The notes beneath the pieces were generated by a model. The model was not told the DNA's origin and searched no databases. It worked only from the letters and a program-made list of their open reading frames with translations. A DNA stretch of 17,512 nt from an uncultured Chloroflexia bacterium (GTDB lineage Bacteria; Chloroflexota; Anaerolineae; CG2-30-64-16): NCBI GenBank assembly GCA_963810095.1, contig CAWEMM010000004.1, positions 1 through 17,512 on the forward strand, read 5' to 3'. Every line of letters starts with the position of its first letter. Within the stretch, counting starts at the first letter, position 1. A program made the translations under genes and the position numbers. Positions 7,235 through 15,834 of the stretch are shown in pieces.

Positions 7235-10036
7235 CTACAGAGGAGGCAGAATCTTGAGGGCTTCGGCCTTCACCACAGCATCCCTTCGCCCGTCGACGCC
7301 AAGCTTGCTGTAGATATTGCATGTGTGACGCTTGACGGTCATGATGGAGAGGCCGAGCTGTTGGGCGATCTCCTTGTTGATCAGTCGTTCGCGCAGCAAC
7401 ACAAGGACGTCGAGCTCGCGATCGGTGAGAGGTTCGACCAGGTCGGCGTTGGCCGCGCGCAGGCGTGACCCGCCAGCAGGTTCGACTCTGTCGGAGCCCT
7501 GGGGGAACGCAGCCAGGATGCGGCGGACGGTCTCGCGAGCAACGCCTCGGCCGGCGAGGCGCAGCAGCAGCGTCTGCATCGCGGTCCCCAGGTCGATGAA
7601 GCACCGGACGCACCCGCTGATCCGGGCGTACTCCACGGCTTCCTCCAGCGAAGCTAGCCCGGCAACGCTTCTGCCCTGCTTTTCCAGCGCGACCACGCGC
7701 GTGGCCAGAATTGCTGTCTGGAGCCGCGTGCAGTAGCTCCCTTCGGCGATCTGGTTAAGTGCATTCAGGACGCCCAGGCTGGCTTCCAGGTCGGCTTCCG
7801 TACCCCTGGCCATGAGCAGATTGGCCTTCACGAGATGCGGATCCTGGAGATAATTGATCAGCCGGTTGGGCACCGCGGCCGGGTGACTGTCGGCCCAGCG
7901 GAAGGCGGCCTCCGTGTCCTCTTGTAGATACTCCAGTTGCGCTCGCAACGAGCGGGCATCGTCGCCTTCCGCTCCGGTCTGCTCCGTATCCAGCCGGCTG
8001 AGCAGCTCCAACACCTCCCACGCCTTGTTGCTCTCGCCCCTCGCCATGCGCACCTGCGCCAGGCCGGTCATGCAGCTGCGAGCGGCTAGCGCGTGGGTCG
8101 AGTGGCGCATGTCCACGCCCCGCTCAAAATGCTCCGCCGCAGCTTCCAGTTCGTTCCAACAATAGTGCACGGTGCCCAGGAAGAAACGTGCAAACCCCTG
8201 GAGGATCATCAGCCGGCCCGGAGCCGCCAGATCGAGCATCACCTGGGCCATCCGCCTCGCCTCCTCGAGGTGCCCGGTCTCGAGGAAGTTGTAGGCCATG
8301 CCGAACGCGAGCCGCGGCGCATATGCGTCAGTCTTGACAATCAAGGATTCGAACTCTTCGCTCAGGCTGCGCTGGGCGACTTCGGCCTTTCCGATCGCCC
8401 GCATGCTCAAGCCCCAATAAAAACGAGCGGCGCCGCGCGGGTACCGCCACCCCTCGGGCAGAAGTGCAAGCGCTTCCTCTAAGGACGCGATGGCGCCGGT
8501 TGCCTGGCACTGATGGAATAGCTGCTGGCCGCGCAGAAGGGCCATCAACCCGCGCAGCGCGCCCAGATCCTCAGGACTGCCTGCACTAGATGCTGCTTCG
8601 CCGCCCTGGTCGAGCAACGCCTCGATCTGCCGCAGTAGCCTACCCACGGCCGAGAGGCGCCATGAGAACTGGAATGCGAGGGCCTTGATTGTCAAGAGCC
8701 AGGGACGCTGCTGGATGAAGTCCTCCGGCAGCAGGCTGAGCCAGCGGTCCAGCGTGGCCCGATCCTCCCGATTTAGGACGTGCTGTAGCCCGGACACCAT
8801 GATGCCGGCGGCCAGCTCCGGGTCGCTCGCCCGCAGGGCATGGCGGATGCCCTCGTCCTGCATGTCCCTCTCGGCCAACCAGGTCGCGGCCGCTCGATGT
8901 AGAACTGCGACCTGCTCGCGCGTCAGCTCAGCCGCCAGTCTTCGCTGCAGGAGCTCCTGAAAGAGCTGGTGATAGCGGTACCACTCGCCCTCGTTGTCCA
9001 AGGGAACAACAAAGACATTGTGGCTCTCCAGCCATTGGATGTACTCCCGTGCGCGGCCCTGAGGTTCATCCCCACTGCCGGCCGCGCCGTTCGGGCCGGT
9101 AACGGAGAGTCCGCTGGTCGATGCAAACACGTGTTCGCAGAGCTCAGCGCTGAACCGGTCTAAAATCGAGGTGCTCAGCAGAAACCTCAGCATAGCTGGC
9201 GTCTGGAGGGACAAGACCTCATCAACCAGGTATTCGGCGATCTCAACCTGCGTGCCCGATAGAGCCCCCAACTCACTCTCGGTGTCGGTTCCAGTGGAGC
9301 GAGACAGAGTTACGAGGCGCAGCCCTGCGATCCAGCCCTCCAGGCGCTGATCGAGGAAATCCAGGTTATCCCGGCTCAACGACCTCCCAAGCGCCTTGCC
9401 AAGGAACGCGGAGGATTCCTCACGCGTGAAGCGCAGGTCGCGCGTCCGGATTTCTGTCAGCCGCCCGCTCGCTCGTAGCGTCGCGAGTGGCAAGGGCGGG
9501 CTGGTCCTCGCGATCAGCACCAGGTGCAGGCGCTCGGGCCAGTGGCGCAGCAGGTCGGATACGAAGTCGTGCACGTCGTCGCCGTGGATCGCGTGGTAGT
9601 CATCCAGGACCAGGACGAGACGATTCGGCAACGACTCGATCTCGTTGGTGAGCGCGACCACGAGCGTGGCCGGCGAGGCGGGCACTGGCGCCTGCAGCAA
9701 TGCGAGCGTTTCGCCGCACACGTCCGGGTAGACCCGGCCTATCGCGGTTACGAAGTAGCGAAGGAAGACTCCCAGGTCGCTATCTGAAGGGTCAAGTGAC
9801 AGCCACGCGGAGGGCGTCGGCTCGCTCCCAGGCACGTGCGCCGGCGCGGCGAGGGTCTCGAGCCAGGAGCTTACAAGCGTGGTCTTGCCGAAGCCTGCCG
9901 CCGCGCTGACGACGGTGATCGGTCCAAGCAGGCCACGGTCGAGCATCGCCAGGAGCCGCGGGCGGTCGATCCGGTCGCGGGGCGCCGGAGGCCGATTGAG
10001 CTTGGTGGATAGCAACTGCAGACCCGACGCGAGCAT
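7235..10036 (-). CDS. Second MalT-like (LAL/STAND) LuxR-family regulator, tandem paralog
   Basis: TKLNRP, AAAGFGKTT, LVLDDYH, WYRYHQLF, LuxR HTH LTDRELDVL...NKEIA. ORF is open from 10102; ATG 10036 (MLASGLQLLSTKL) chosen by alignment to the paralog. Confidence 0.95.
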   Translation of the reverse strand: MLASGLQLLSTKLNRPPAPRDRIDRPRLLAMLDRGLLGPITVVSAAAGFGKTTLVSSWLETLAAPAHVPGSEPTPSAWLSLDPSDSDLGVFLRYFVTAIGRVYPDVCGETLALLQAPVPASPATLVVALTNEIESLPNRLVLVLDDYHAIHGDDVHDFVSDLLRHWPERLHLVLIARTSPPLPLATLRASGRLTEIRTRDLRFTREESSAFLGKALGRSLSRDNLDFLDQRLEGWIAGLRLVTLSRSTGTDTESELGALSGTQVEIAEYLVDEVLSLQTPAMLRFLLSTSILDRFSAELCEHVFASTSGLSVTGPNGAAGSGDEPQGRAREYIQWLESHNVFVVPLDNEGEWYRYHQLFQELLQRRLAAELTREQVAVLHRAAATWLAERDMQDEGIRHALRASDPELAAGIMVSGLQHVLNREDRATLDRWLSLLPEDFIQQRPWLLTIKALAFQFSWRLSAVGRLLRQIEALLDQGGEAASSAGSPEDLGALRGLMALLRGQQLFHQCQATGAIASLEEALALLPEGWRYPRGAARFYWGLSMRAIGKAEVAQRSLSEEFESLIVKTDAYAPRLAFGMAYNFLETGHLEEARRMAQVMLDLAAPGRLMILQGFARFFLGTVHYCWNELEAAAEHFERGVDMRHSTHALAARSCMTGLAQVRMARGESNKAWEVLELLSRLDTEQTGAEGDDARSLRAQLEYLQEDTEAAFRWADSHPAAVPNRLINYLQDPHLVKANLLMARGTEADLEASLGVLNALNQIAEGSYCTRLQTAILATRVVALEKQGRSVAGLASLEEAVEYARISGCVRCFIDLGTAMQTLLLRLAGRGVARETVRRILAAFPQGSDRVEPAGGSRLRAANADLVEPLTDRELDVLVLLRERLINKEIAQQLGLSIMTVKRHTCNIYSKLGVDGRRDAVVKAEALKILPPL

Positions 10037-10254
10037 ACATGCCCATTCTGCGACTTGCGGTCGCGACGAATGAAAAACCCGGAAACCTTCCCAAGTGTAC
10101 ACGGTCCATCAGTCGATCGCAAGAGTTACCTGACCGCGGGAAGACGCAGGCCTTCGGGCACTGCAATCCACCCTTCTCCTCTCGGGCTTCAGCAGATGAG
10201 CAGCTCACGGCCGGGGATCAGGCTTTTGACGCGTGTTGACGGCCGTTGTCCCAC

Positions 10255-10824
10255 GTCGCTGGCACCGGCAAGTCGAAGCAAAACACTGGCAAATTCGATC
10301 CTCGAGCTTGGCCCGATTCTTCTGGGGCCGTCAGATAGCTGCGTATCCCGACTGCGGTGATCTGGGCGGCAGGGGTGCTCTGGTGGCTAGGCCAGGTTTG
10401 TTTGGAGGAAGGCAGGCCGCTCATGATTGCTACAACCTTCCGACGTGCGCGAGTGGGCCGCCTAATCCTGTCTACGGGGAAATGAGATCCATGTGCAAGC
10501 TGCCATGGTCATCCTGATATGGCTCCTGCCCCCCTGGATTACCCACTGATAACGCCAGCGCCTGCCGAGGAGTCATTTCAGGAAGATGGATGTGGACAGC
10601 CGACGCAGGAAGCAGTGGCGCTTGATGTTGAGGCCACCGCTAATCTTGCCGTTCGGTCGGCAATCAGGACGCTCAAGGGCGAACCCCTCGAGGGCAGTGT
10701 GTGCCACCTATTCAACGAGCCGGTGCCCGGCGCGGATGGCCTATTGAGTCATCCGGGTACCTCTTGGGCAAAGCGGACGGCCATTCCCGGGTGCACGATC
10801 TGCAAGGGCCAGGGTGCATTATGA
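10255..10824 (+). pseudogene. Decayed C-terminal part of a ThiF/E1-like protein (Cap2-like)
   Basis: Across frames: GKSK(A)KTLANSILELGP; then one frame WLGQVCLEEGRPLMIATTFRRARVGRLILSTGK*DPCASC...EDGCGQP...CTIC, with TGA at 10483-10485 and TAG at 10336-10338. Two CxxC zinc motifs and a GC putative catalytic Cys; no GxGxxG N-terminus found. Left boundary approximate. Confidence 0.65.
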
Positions 10825-11225
10825 GGCTGCCACGCCGTTGCGTCGTCTTGCCGGCAGTGGTGCTCGTTACAAACGAAGAAAGCCAGAAAGCCGGTCCTCG
10901 TGAAATAGGCGGCATTCTTGTTGGACGCGACGGGGGGGACCACTTGCTGGTTGAGTACGCGTCACTCCCTGGGCCCAAGGCGCGTCATTCTCGGTGTGGG
11001 TTCCGACGCGACGGTGCATACACTCAGGCTGTCCTGGACGAGATCTTCAACTCGTCGTCGGGAGCGAGCGACTACCTCGGCGAGTGACATTCCCACCCGA
11101 CTGGCTTTGGAAGGCCGAGCGCTCGTGATGTGCGTTCAATCATGCGGATAGCGGATGACGAGGAATATGCAACGGCGGAGCCCGTTCTTGGCCAGTCAAC
11201 GCAGACGCTTGCCATGAGGCAATGA
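10821..11225 (+). pseudogene. Prokaryotic JAB/JAMM (Mov34/MPN) peptidase, Cap3-like, in-frame TGA at the conserved Trp
   Basis: ATG 10821 overlaps the previous stop (ATGA). PREIGGILVG...PGP...F.RD...YLGE*HSHPTGFGRPSARD = E...HxH-x7-S-x2-D; TGA 11085-11087 stands where GEWHSHP has TGG. Confidence 0.85.
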
Positions 11226-11391
11226 TCAATATGATGGCAGGGGGCGAAGCGGTATTCTCGTCGCTACGCCAGACCTCACGGCTTCTGAGGTCAATCGGAC
11301 GCAAAGCCGAGGTACAATTCACCCAGAAACCGTCCGCATCGCTTCGATCGATTCTTAGCCAGTGTCAGGCGTTAACGGATGCAACCGACTC

Positions 11392-11420
11392 TTGATTACC
11401 CAAGTGCCCAGTGCTATAAT
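11392..11420 (+). promoter_or_regulatory. Near-consensus sigma70 promoter with extended -10
   Basis: TTGATT (11392-11397), 17-bp spacer, TGc-TATAAT (11415-11420) in GC-rich DNA. Confidence 0.75.
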
Positions 11421-11561
11421 CGTGCTGCACTCGGAACTGAATCGTCAGCTCCGAAACGATCACCAGAGGCGACCACAAACCACAAGGTTCACGCACCACG
11501 GCGGGCCACACGGCTCACTCGAACCGTTCAGCCGTGTGGTCAGAATCGGCGAACTGAGGTT

Positions 11562-11608
11562 CGTGGTTCACATCCGTGAGGTCCTGGGTTCGAGTCCCTG
11601 CTCGCCCA
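11562..11608 (+). other. 3' half of tRNA-Val(CAC): att site of an integrative element
   Basis: CGTGG-TTCACAT-CCGTG anticodon arm, GAGGTC variable region, CTGGG-TTCGAGT-CCCTG T arm (one mismatch), CTCGCCC-A acceptor 3' strand; no GGGCGAG 5' strand or canonical D arm upstream; 170 bp before an integrase. Confidence 0.8.
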
Positions 11609-11613
11609 TCTTG

Positions 11614-11653
11614 CATCACGGATTGCAGCCAATGCAGTCCGTGATGTCTGTTT
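11614..11653 (+). terminator. Intrinsic terminator-like hairpin after the tRNA fragment
   Basis: CATCACGGATTGCA-GCCAA-TGCAGTCCGTGATG (14 bp, one G-U) followed by TCTGTTT. Confidence 0.7.
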
Positions 11654-11778
11654 AGCCCCTTTTCGGTACCTCAGGCATCACGGTCTTCCGGTTTAGCAAA
11701 AAAACTTCGTCTCCGAAACTTAGCGGACCTGTTTCTGCAGTTAGGGGATGAGGCGCAACTGAACCGGAGGGACCACGG

Positions 11779-12756
11779 ATGGCAAAACGTAAGCTCCTTT
11801 TATCGCAGGCGATTATGGGCTTCCTGCTCGATGCAGAGGCCCGCTCGCTCAGCCCACACACGATCGCAGACTACCAGAACGCCTTCCGCAAGCTCCAGGC
11901 CTTCATCGGCGATCCGCCCGTCGACAGCATCTCGGCCGACGACGTTCGCCGCTTCCTGGCCGACCTGTCCACCCCGCGCGTACTGGCCGGTATCGCTCCG
12001 CGGCCCGCCGCGCCCGATCGGCAAGAAGCAGAAGCTGAACATCCACACCGGCCTGAGCGCACTCTGGACCTGGGCCGTCGCCGGCGGTTACGTGCGAACG
12101 CACATCATCCACCAAATCGAGCGGCCGAAACCCGAGAAGCCTGTGATCGTGCCGTTCACGCAGGATGACATCAAGCGGCTGCTCGCGGCCGCCAGTCGCC
12201 GCTCGGCGCCTTACACCCGTCCCGGCAAGAAGCAATGTGACCACGAACGCACGACCGCCGTGCGCGATCGAGCGATATTACTCCTCCTCATCGATACGGG
12301 CATGCGCGCTTCTGAGCTGTGCGGGCTCGAGCTGCGCAACGTGGATCTCCGAAACGGGGCGGTTCTGGTTTTCGGCAAGGGCTCGAAGGAGCGCTCGCTG
12401 CCGATCGGCCCCCGCACGAAAGCCGCCCTCAGCAAGCACATTCTGGAGAACCGAGCCGACGCCAGGCTCAACGAGCCGGTCTTCTTGACACGCGAGGGCA
12501 AGCCGATGGACCGCCATGCGTTGTTCAAGATGGTCTATCGCCTGGCGCAGGTAGCGGGCGTACAGGCGCCCACCCGCACAGATTCCGGCACACGTTCGCG
12601 ATCCAGTACCTGGGGAACGGCGGCAACGAGCGCACGCTGCAAGACGTATTGGGACACGAGAGCCTTGACATGCTCCGAACCTACACCCGCATTGCGCAGG
12701 TCGACATGGTCAACGGCCATCAGCTGGCCAGCCCCGTCGAGAACTGGCGGCTGTAA
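11779..12756 (+). CDS. Tyrosine recombinase/integrase with two frameshifts (~12010, ~12567)
   Basis: Three ORF pieces join: SAM-like LSPHTIADY; RDRAILLLLIDTGMRASEL, GKGSKER; HRFRHTFA, LGH, RTY. All of R-K-H-R-H-Y are present. GGAGG RBS at 11766-11770. Confidence 0.92.
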
Positions 12757-12783
12757 CATAGGCTGGCCAACAGAGTTAATCAC

Positions 12784-13002
12784 ATGAGCAACGACGACAT
12801 CACCTGGGACGACATCGATCGAGCGAATCGGGCAGCAGCGCGCAGGTGCGAAACAGCAACCTGTCCGCACTACGGCCGCCCGCTCGTCCGCCGGCTGCCT
12901 GAGCATACCCTCCACCGCGACGCTGACGATCCGCGCGCCGGCTACCGGCCGCTAACGCGTTGCCCGGGTGCGCCTGCCACTGCACCGGCGCAACCACGCT
13001 AA
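12784..13002 (+). CDS. Small hypothetical protein, possibly zinc-binding
   Basis: 72 aa, 27 bp after the integrase stop; CETATC and RCPG; one extra G in the GGG run would give CPGCACHC. No clear RBS. Confidence 0.4.
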   Translation: MSNDDITWDDIDRANRAAARRCETATCPHYGRPLVRRLPEHTLHRDADDPRAGYRPLTRCPGAPATAPAQPR

Positions 13003-13011
13003 CTAACAGAA

Positions 13012-13040
13012 AGGGCCGGCTCTCGAAGAAGACGGCCCCT
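13012..13040. terminator. Possible terminator hairpin between convergent genes
   Basis: GGGCCG...CGGCCC stem with imperfect inner pairing, A-rich run on the left. Confidence 0.35.
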
Positions 13041-13067
13041 GCACACCTCTACTCGCTCCTTCTCGTC

Positions 13068-13456
13068 CTAATCCAGCTTGAAGGCGACACCACCTATGGC
13101 CGGATTCGTCCCGACAGTAACCACGAGATACCTGTCCTTCACAGAAGACGGGACGCCAAAGCTCAGTTTCAGGGATGCCGACTGCGACGGCCCAGCCTCC
13201 ACGTTGAACATATTACTCTCGCAGTTCTGATAGATCAAGCCATCACTCCCAACGATGTAGGCTCGCACCGATTCGCTAAACTGGTAGCCACCTTGCAAGT
13301 TCTTCACGTTGAGAGTCACAAGCGTCCGATCGCCCTCCGTCCTCACGTCGTCAATAGTCAACTCGGCGATCCCTGCAACGTTGCCTGCTCCGTGGGCACC
13401 GGTAGCACGAAAGCCGGGCATCGGCACGGCGATCGGGAAGATGTCGACCGTAGGAC
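13068..13456 (-). pseudogene. 3' part of a beta-sandwich (DUF4352-like) hypothetical gene, cut by IS insertion
   Basis: LTIDDV...LVTLNVKN...IVGSDGLIY...PSQSASLKLSFGVP pattern; the called GTG at 13469 lies inside the IS630 inverted repeat, so the true 5' end is missing. Confidence 0.6.
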
Positions 13457-13458
13457 TA

Positions 13459-14622
13459 AATAGGTCCACAGAAGTAACTGGGGATTGACGACCGGGTTAT
13501 GATGGTGGTAGCCGGACTGCTACCAGGGAGGCTACCACCATGCGACCCGGACGTTTCATCCAGTTGAACGAACAGGAGCGCGGCGCTCCGCGCAGTTATA
13601 CCGACAAACGAAAGACGCCGATCTGCGTTCCCGCTGCCAGATGCTGCTGTTGTCGGCGGCGGTCACGGCGTCGGTGAGATCGCCGAGCTGACGTTGTTTG
13701 ACGAGAACAGCGTGCTGTTCTGGTTCGACCGCTACGAAGCCGAAGGACTCGACGGATTGGAGGATCGCCCTAAGTCCGGGCGGCCCCCCAAAAGCCGATG
13801 AGTCCTACCGGGAGGCGTTGCAGACACCGTTGAGCAAGAGCCCCGGGCCGTCGAGCAGCCGTTTTCGACCTGGACCTGTGCTGATCTGGCCCAGTATCTG
13901 GCCGATCAAGGGCGGGTGTTATTCAGTGCCGAGACGGTGCGGCGGCACTTGCGCCGACTTGGGTTACCGCATCGTGCGGCCGGTGTTGTCGATTGCCAGC
14001 CCGGATCCCGAGTATGCGACCAAAGCCGAGGCGCTTGGAGCAACTCAAGGCGGCAGGCCCGGCGGGCGAGATCACCCTCTTGTTCGAAGACGAGGTCGAT
14101 CTCAACCTGTTGCCCGGCGTGATCGGCTGCTGGACCAAGCGCGGTCAGCAGCGCAAGGTGCCGACGCCCGGTCAGAACGTCAAGCGCTACGGGTTCGGTG
14201 CCGTCAACTTCATGACCGGCCAGGTGACGCATCACATCGGTGAGCGCAAGAACTCGGACGACTTCATCCAGTTGGTGGAACAGGTCGTCGCCACCTACTG
14301 CCCTGGGGAGACCTGGCACGGTCCCAAGGTCGTGCCTGGTGATCGACAACTACATCATCCATCGGTCGCAGAAGACCGCGGCCGTGCTGAGCCAAGTACG
14401 CCGACCGCTTGGAAGTGGTGGCGTTGCCCACCTACTCACCCAAGCTCAACCTGATCGAGCGGCTCTGGAAGCACCTGCGCCGCAAGGTCACGCACAATCA
14501 CTTGTTCGACGGTATCGCCAATCTGGTGGCCGCCGTCGAGAAGTTCTTCACCGATCTTGACGGTCGCCGCTCGGAAGTGCTCTCCGTCATTGGTAATCCC
14601 CAATGACTTTCGTGAGGGTGTT
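13459..14622 (+). mobile_element. IS630-family element #1 (~1.16 kb) flanked by TA
   Basis: Imperfect terminal IRs including the TA: TAAATAGGTCCACAGAAGTAACTGGGGATT (13457-13486) vs reverse complement of 14595-14624 TAAACACCCTCACGAAAGTCATTGGGGATT, 21/30 identical. Confidence 0.85.
13540..14606 (+). pseudogene. IS630 transposase, multiple frameshifts
   Basis: MRPGRFIQLNEQER..., RYEAEGLDGLEDRPKSGRP HTH, FEDE, VIDNYIIH, LPTYSPKLNLIERLW (DDE) distributed over frames; GGAGG RBS. Confidence 0.9.
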
Positions 14623-14626
14623 TACC

Positions 14627-15832
14627 GTGTCCTGTTAGGTTAGATTTTGTTCTTTAAGAACTGGATAGAGACGCTTGAGCTTGATGCGAGCGTCGGCTGT
14701 CGTGAACTGCCAGTCGACCGTGACACGTGCAGCATTGCGCCGCGTTTCCCAGGCGGCGGCCTCCTCGTTCCAGGGTGGCCTTGTCCGGGATACGCCGGTC
14801 GAGACACTGCCGAGCCAACACCGACAGTTCGCACTCAGCGATGTTGAGCCAACTGCCATGCTCGGGCGTGTAGTGCCATTCCAGCTTGCCTGCGATGCGC
14901 CGCGCTTGGGCTGGCTCGAAGCGCTCGTACAGACAGGCGGGCGTGTGCGTATTCAGGTTGTCGGTGACCAAGACGATGACTCTCGGCGTCGGGGTAGTCC
15001 TCTTCAACCAGGACGCGCAGTTGCTCGGCAAAGTCTTGCGCCGTGCGGCGGTCGGTTACCCGCACCTTGCGCCGACCTCGCAGTGGCTCGACAGCCATGA
15101 ACAGGTTACAGACGCCATTGCGGGCGTACTCGTAATCCTGGCGCTCGGGCTGCTCTGGCTGGCATCGGCAGGCTGCCACGAGGTGTATCCCGCAGCTCCT
15201 TGCTGGTCTCGTCCAGACAGACCACCGGCCGCCTGGCATCGTAGGGCCGTTGGTAGACGTCCAGCACGTCTTCCATCTTGGCGACGTACTGCGCCGAAGG
15301 CTTGCCGATGCACCAGGATTTCACCTGCCAAGGCTTGAGTTCGTTTTTTTGAGCCACTCGCGCACGGTCACATGGCTGACGTCTTCGATGTAGCCGAGTT
15401 CGACCATCTGGTTCGCCAGCAGGCGCAGCGTCCAGCGGGCGTGCCCTGCGGGTGGCTCACTGCAGGCCAGCATCGTCAGCTTGGCTTCGACTTCGCCGGT
15501 CAACTTGGGCTTGGCCCCCGGCCAGCCTTTGTCGTTCAGCGCCAACGGCAAGCCACCTTCGATGTAGTGGCGGCGGATGCTGCGTACGGTACTCACGCTG
15601 CACAAAGCGGCTTCGGCAACTTCCTGGTCCGTGCGCTTCTGGCCTTGACTACGGTCGCTCAGCAGCAGGATACGCGCTCTGGTTTGTTTGCGGGCCGGTG
15701 CGTTGCCGCTGTGAATCAACTGCTCAAGTTCGCTGCGTTCGTCTTGATCCAATTGGATGTGTAGATGTTTGCCCATGCCGCTCAGTCTACCAGCATCGAA
15801 GCAATACCTTGAAATCCATCCTAACGAAGGAC
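14627..15832 (-). mobile_element. IS630-family element #2 (two-ORF type)
   Basis: IRs GTCCTTCGTTAGGATGGATTT (minus, from 15832) vs GTGTCCTGTTAGGTTAGATTT (14627-14647), 14/21; TA in CTAG at 15833-15834. Confidence 0.8.
14635..15776 (-). pseudogene. IS630 transposase: orfA/orfB with probable programmed -1 frameshift at A7C (15344-15350) plus extra indels
   Basis: orfA MGKHLHIQL...WTLRLLA...WLKK; -1 frame KNELKPW...VVCLDETSK, DYEYARNG, VTDNLNTH, HYTPEHGSWLNIAECEL, WQFTTADARIKLKRLYP. Confidence 0.9.
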
Positions 15833-15834
15833 TA

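Noticed and set aside
4406-10102. Avs/NLR-type antiphage STAND proteins, or true malT
   Set aside because: C-terminal LuxR HTH and no nuclease/TIR/SIR2 effector indicate transcription factors; no maltose genes nearby, so no gene symbol assigned.
119-10360. Numerous antisense/alternate-frame ORFs in the ORF track
   Set aside because: They overlap well-supported genes, are Arg/Pro/Ala-rich and lack motifs; expected shadows in high-GC DNA.
10483-11087. TGA recoding (selenocysteine or genetic code 4/25) in the E1 and JAB genes
   Set aside because: The JAB TGA is at a Trp position, not Cys; the E1 relic also has a TAG and frameshifts and itself ends in TGA; other genes here use TGA as stop. Simple nonsense mutation suffices.
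11460-11515. ACCAC repeats as a CRISPR or tandem array
   Set aside because: Units are 5-7 bp and irregularly spaced; no cas genes or repeat-spacer structure anywhere in the window.
11520-11608. Complete tRNA-Val gene
   Set aside because: No 5' acceptor strand complementary to CTCGCCC at the right distance; the TCAG/CTGA mini-stem at 11540-11557 is mis-spaced for a D arm.
11362-11655. 97-aa and 66-aa ORFs across the promoter/att region
   Set aside because: They start upstream of and run through the promoter and tRNA fragment, with no RBS or recognisable motif.
11779-12756. xerC/xerD or integron integrase
   Set aside because: Sits at a tRNA-derived att site, lacks the IntI-specific insertion, and no attC cassettes were seen.
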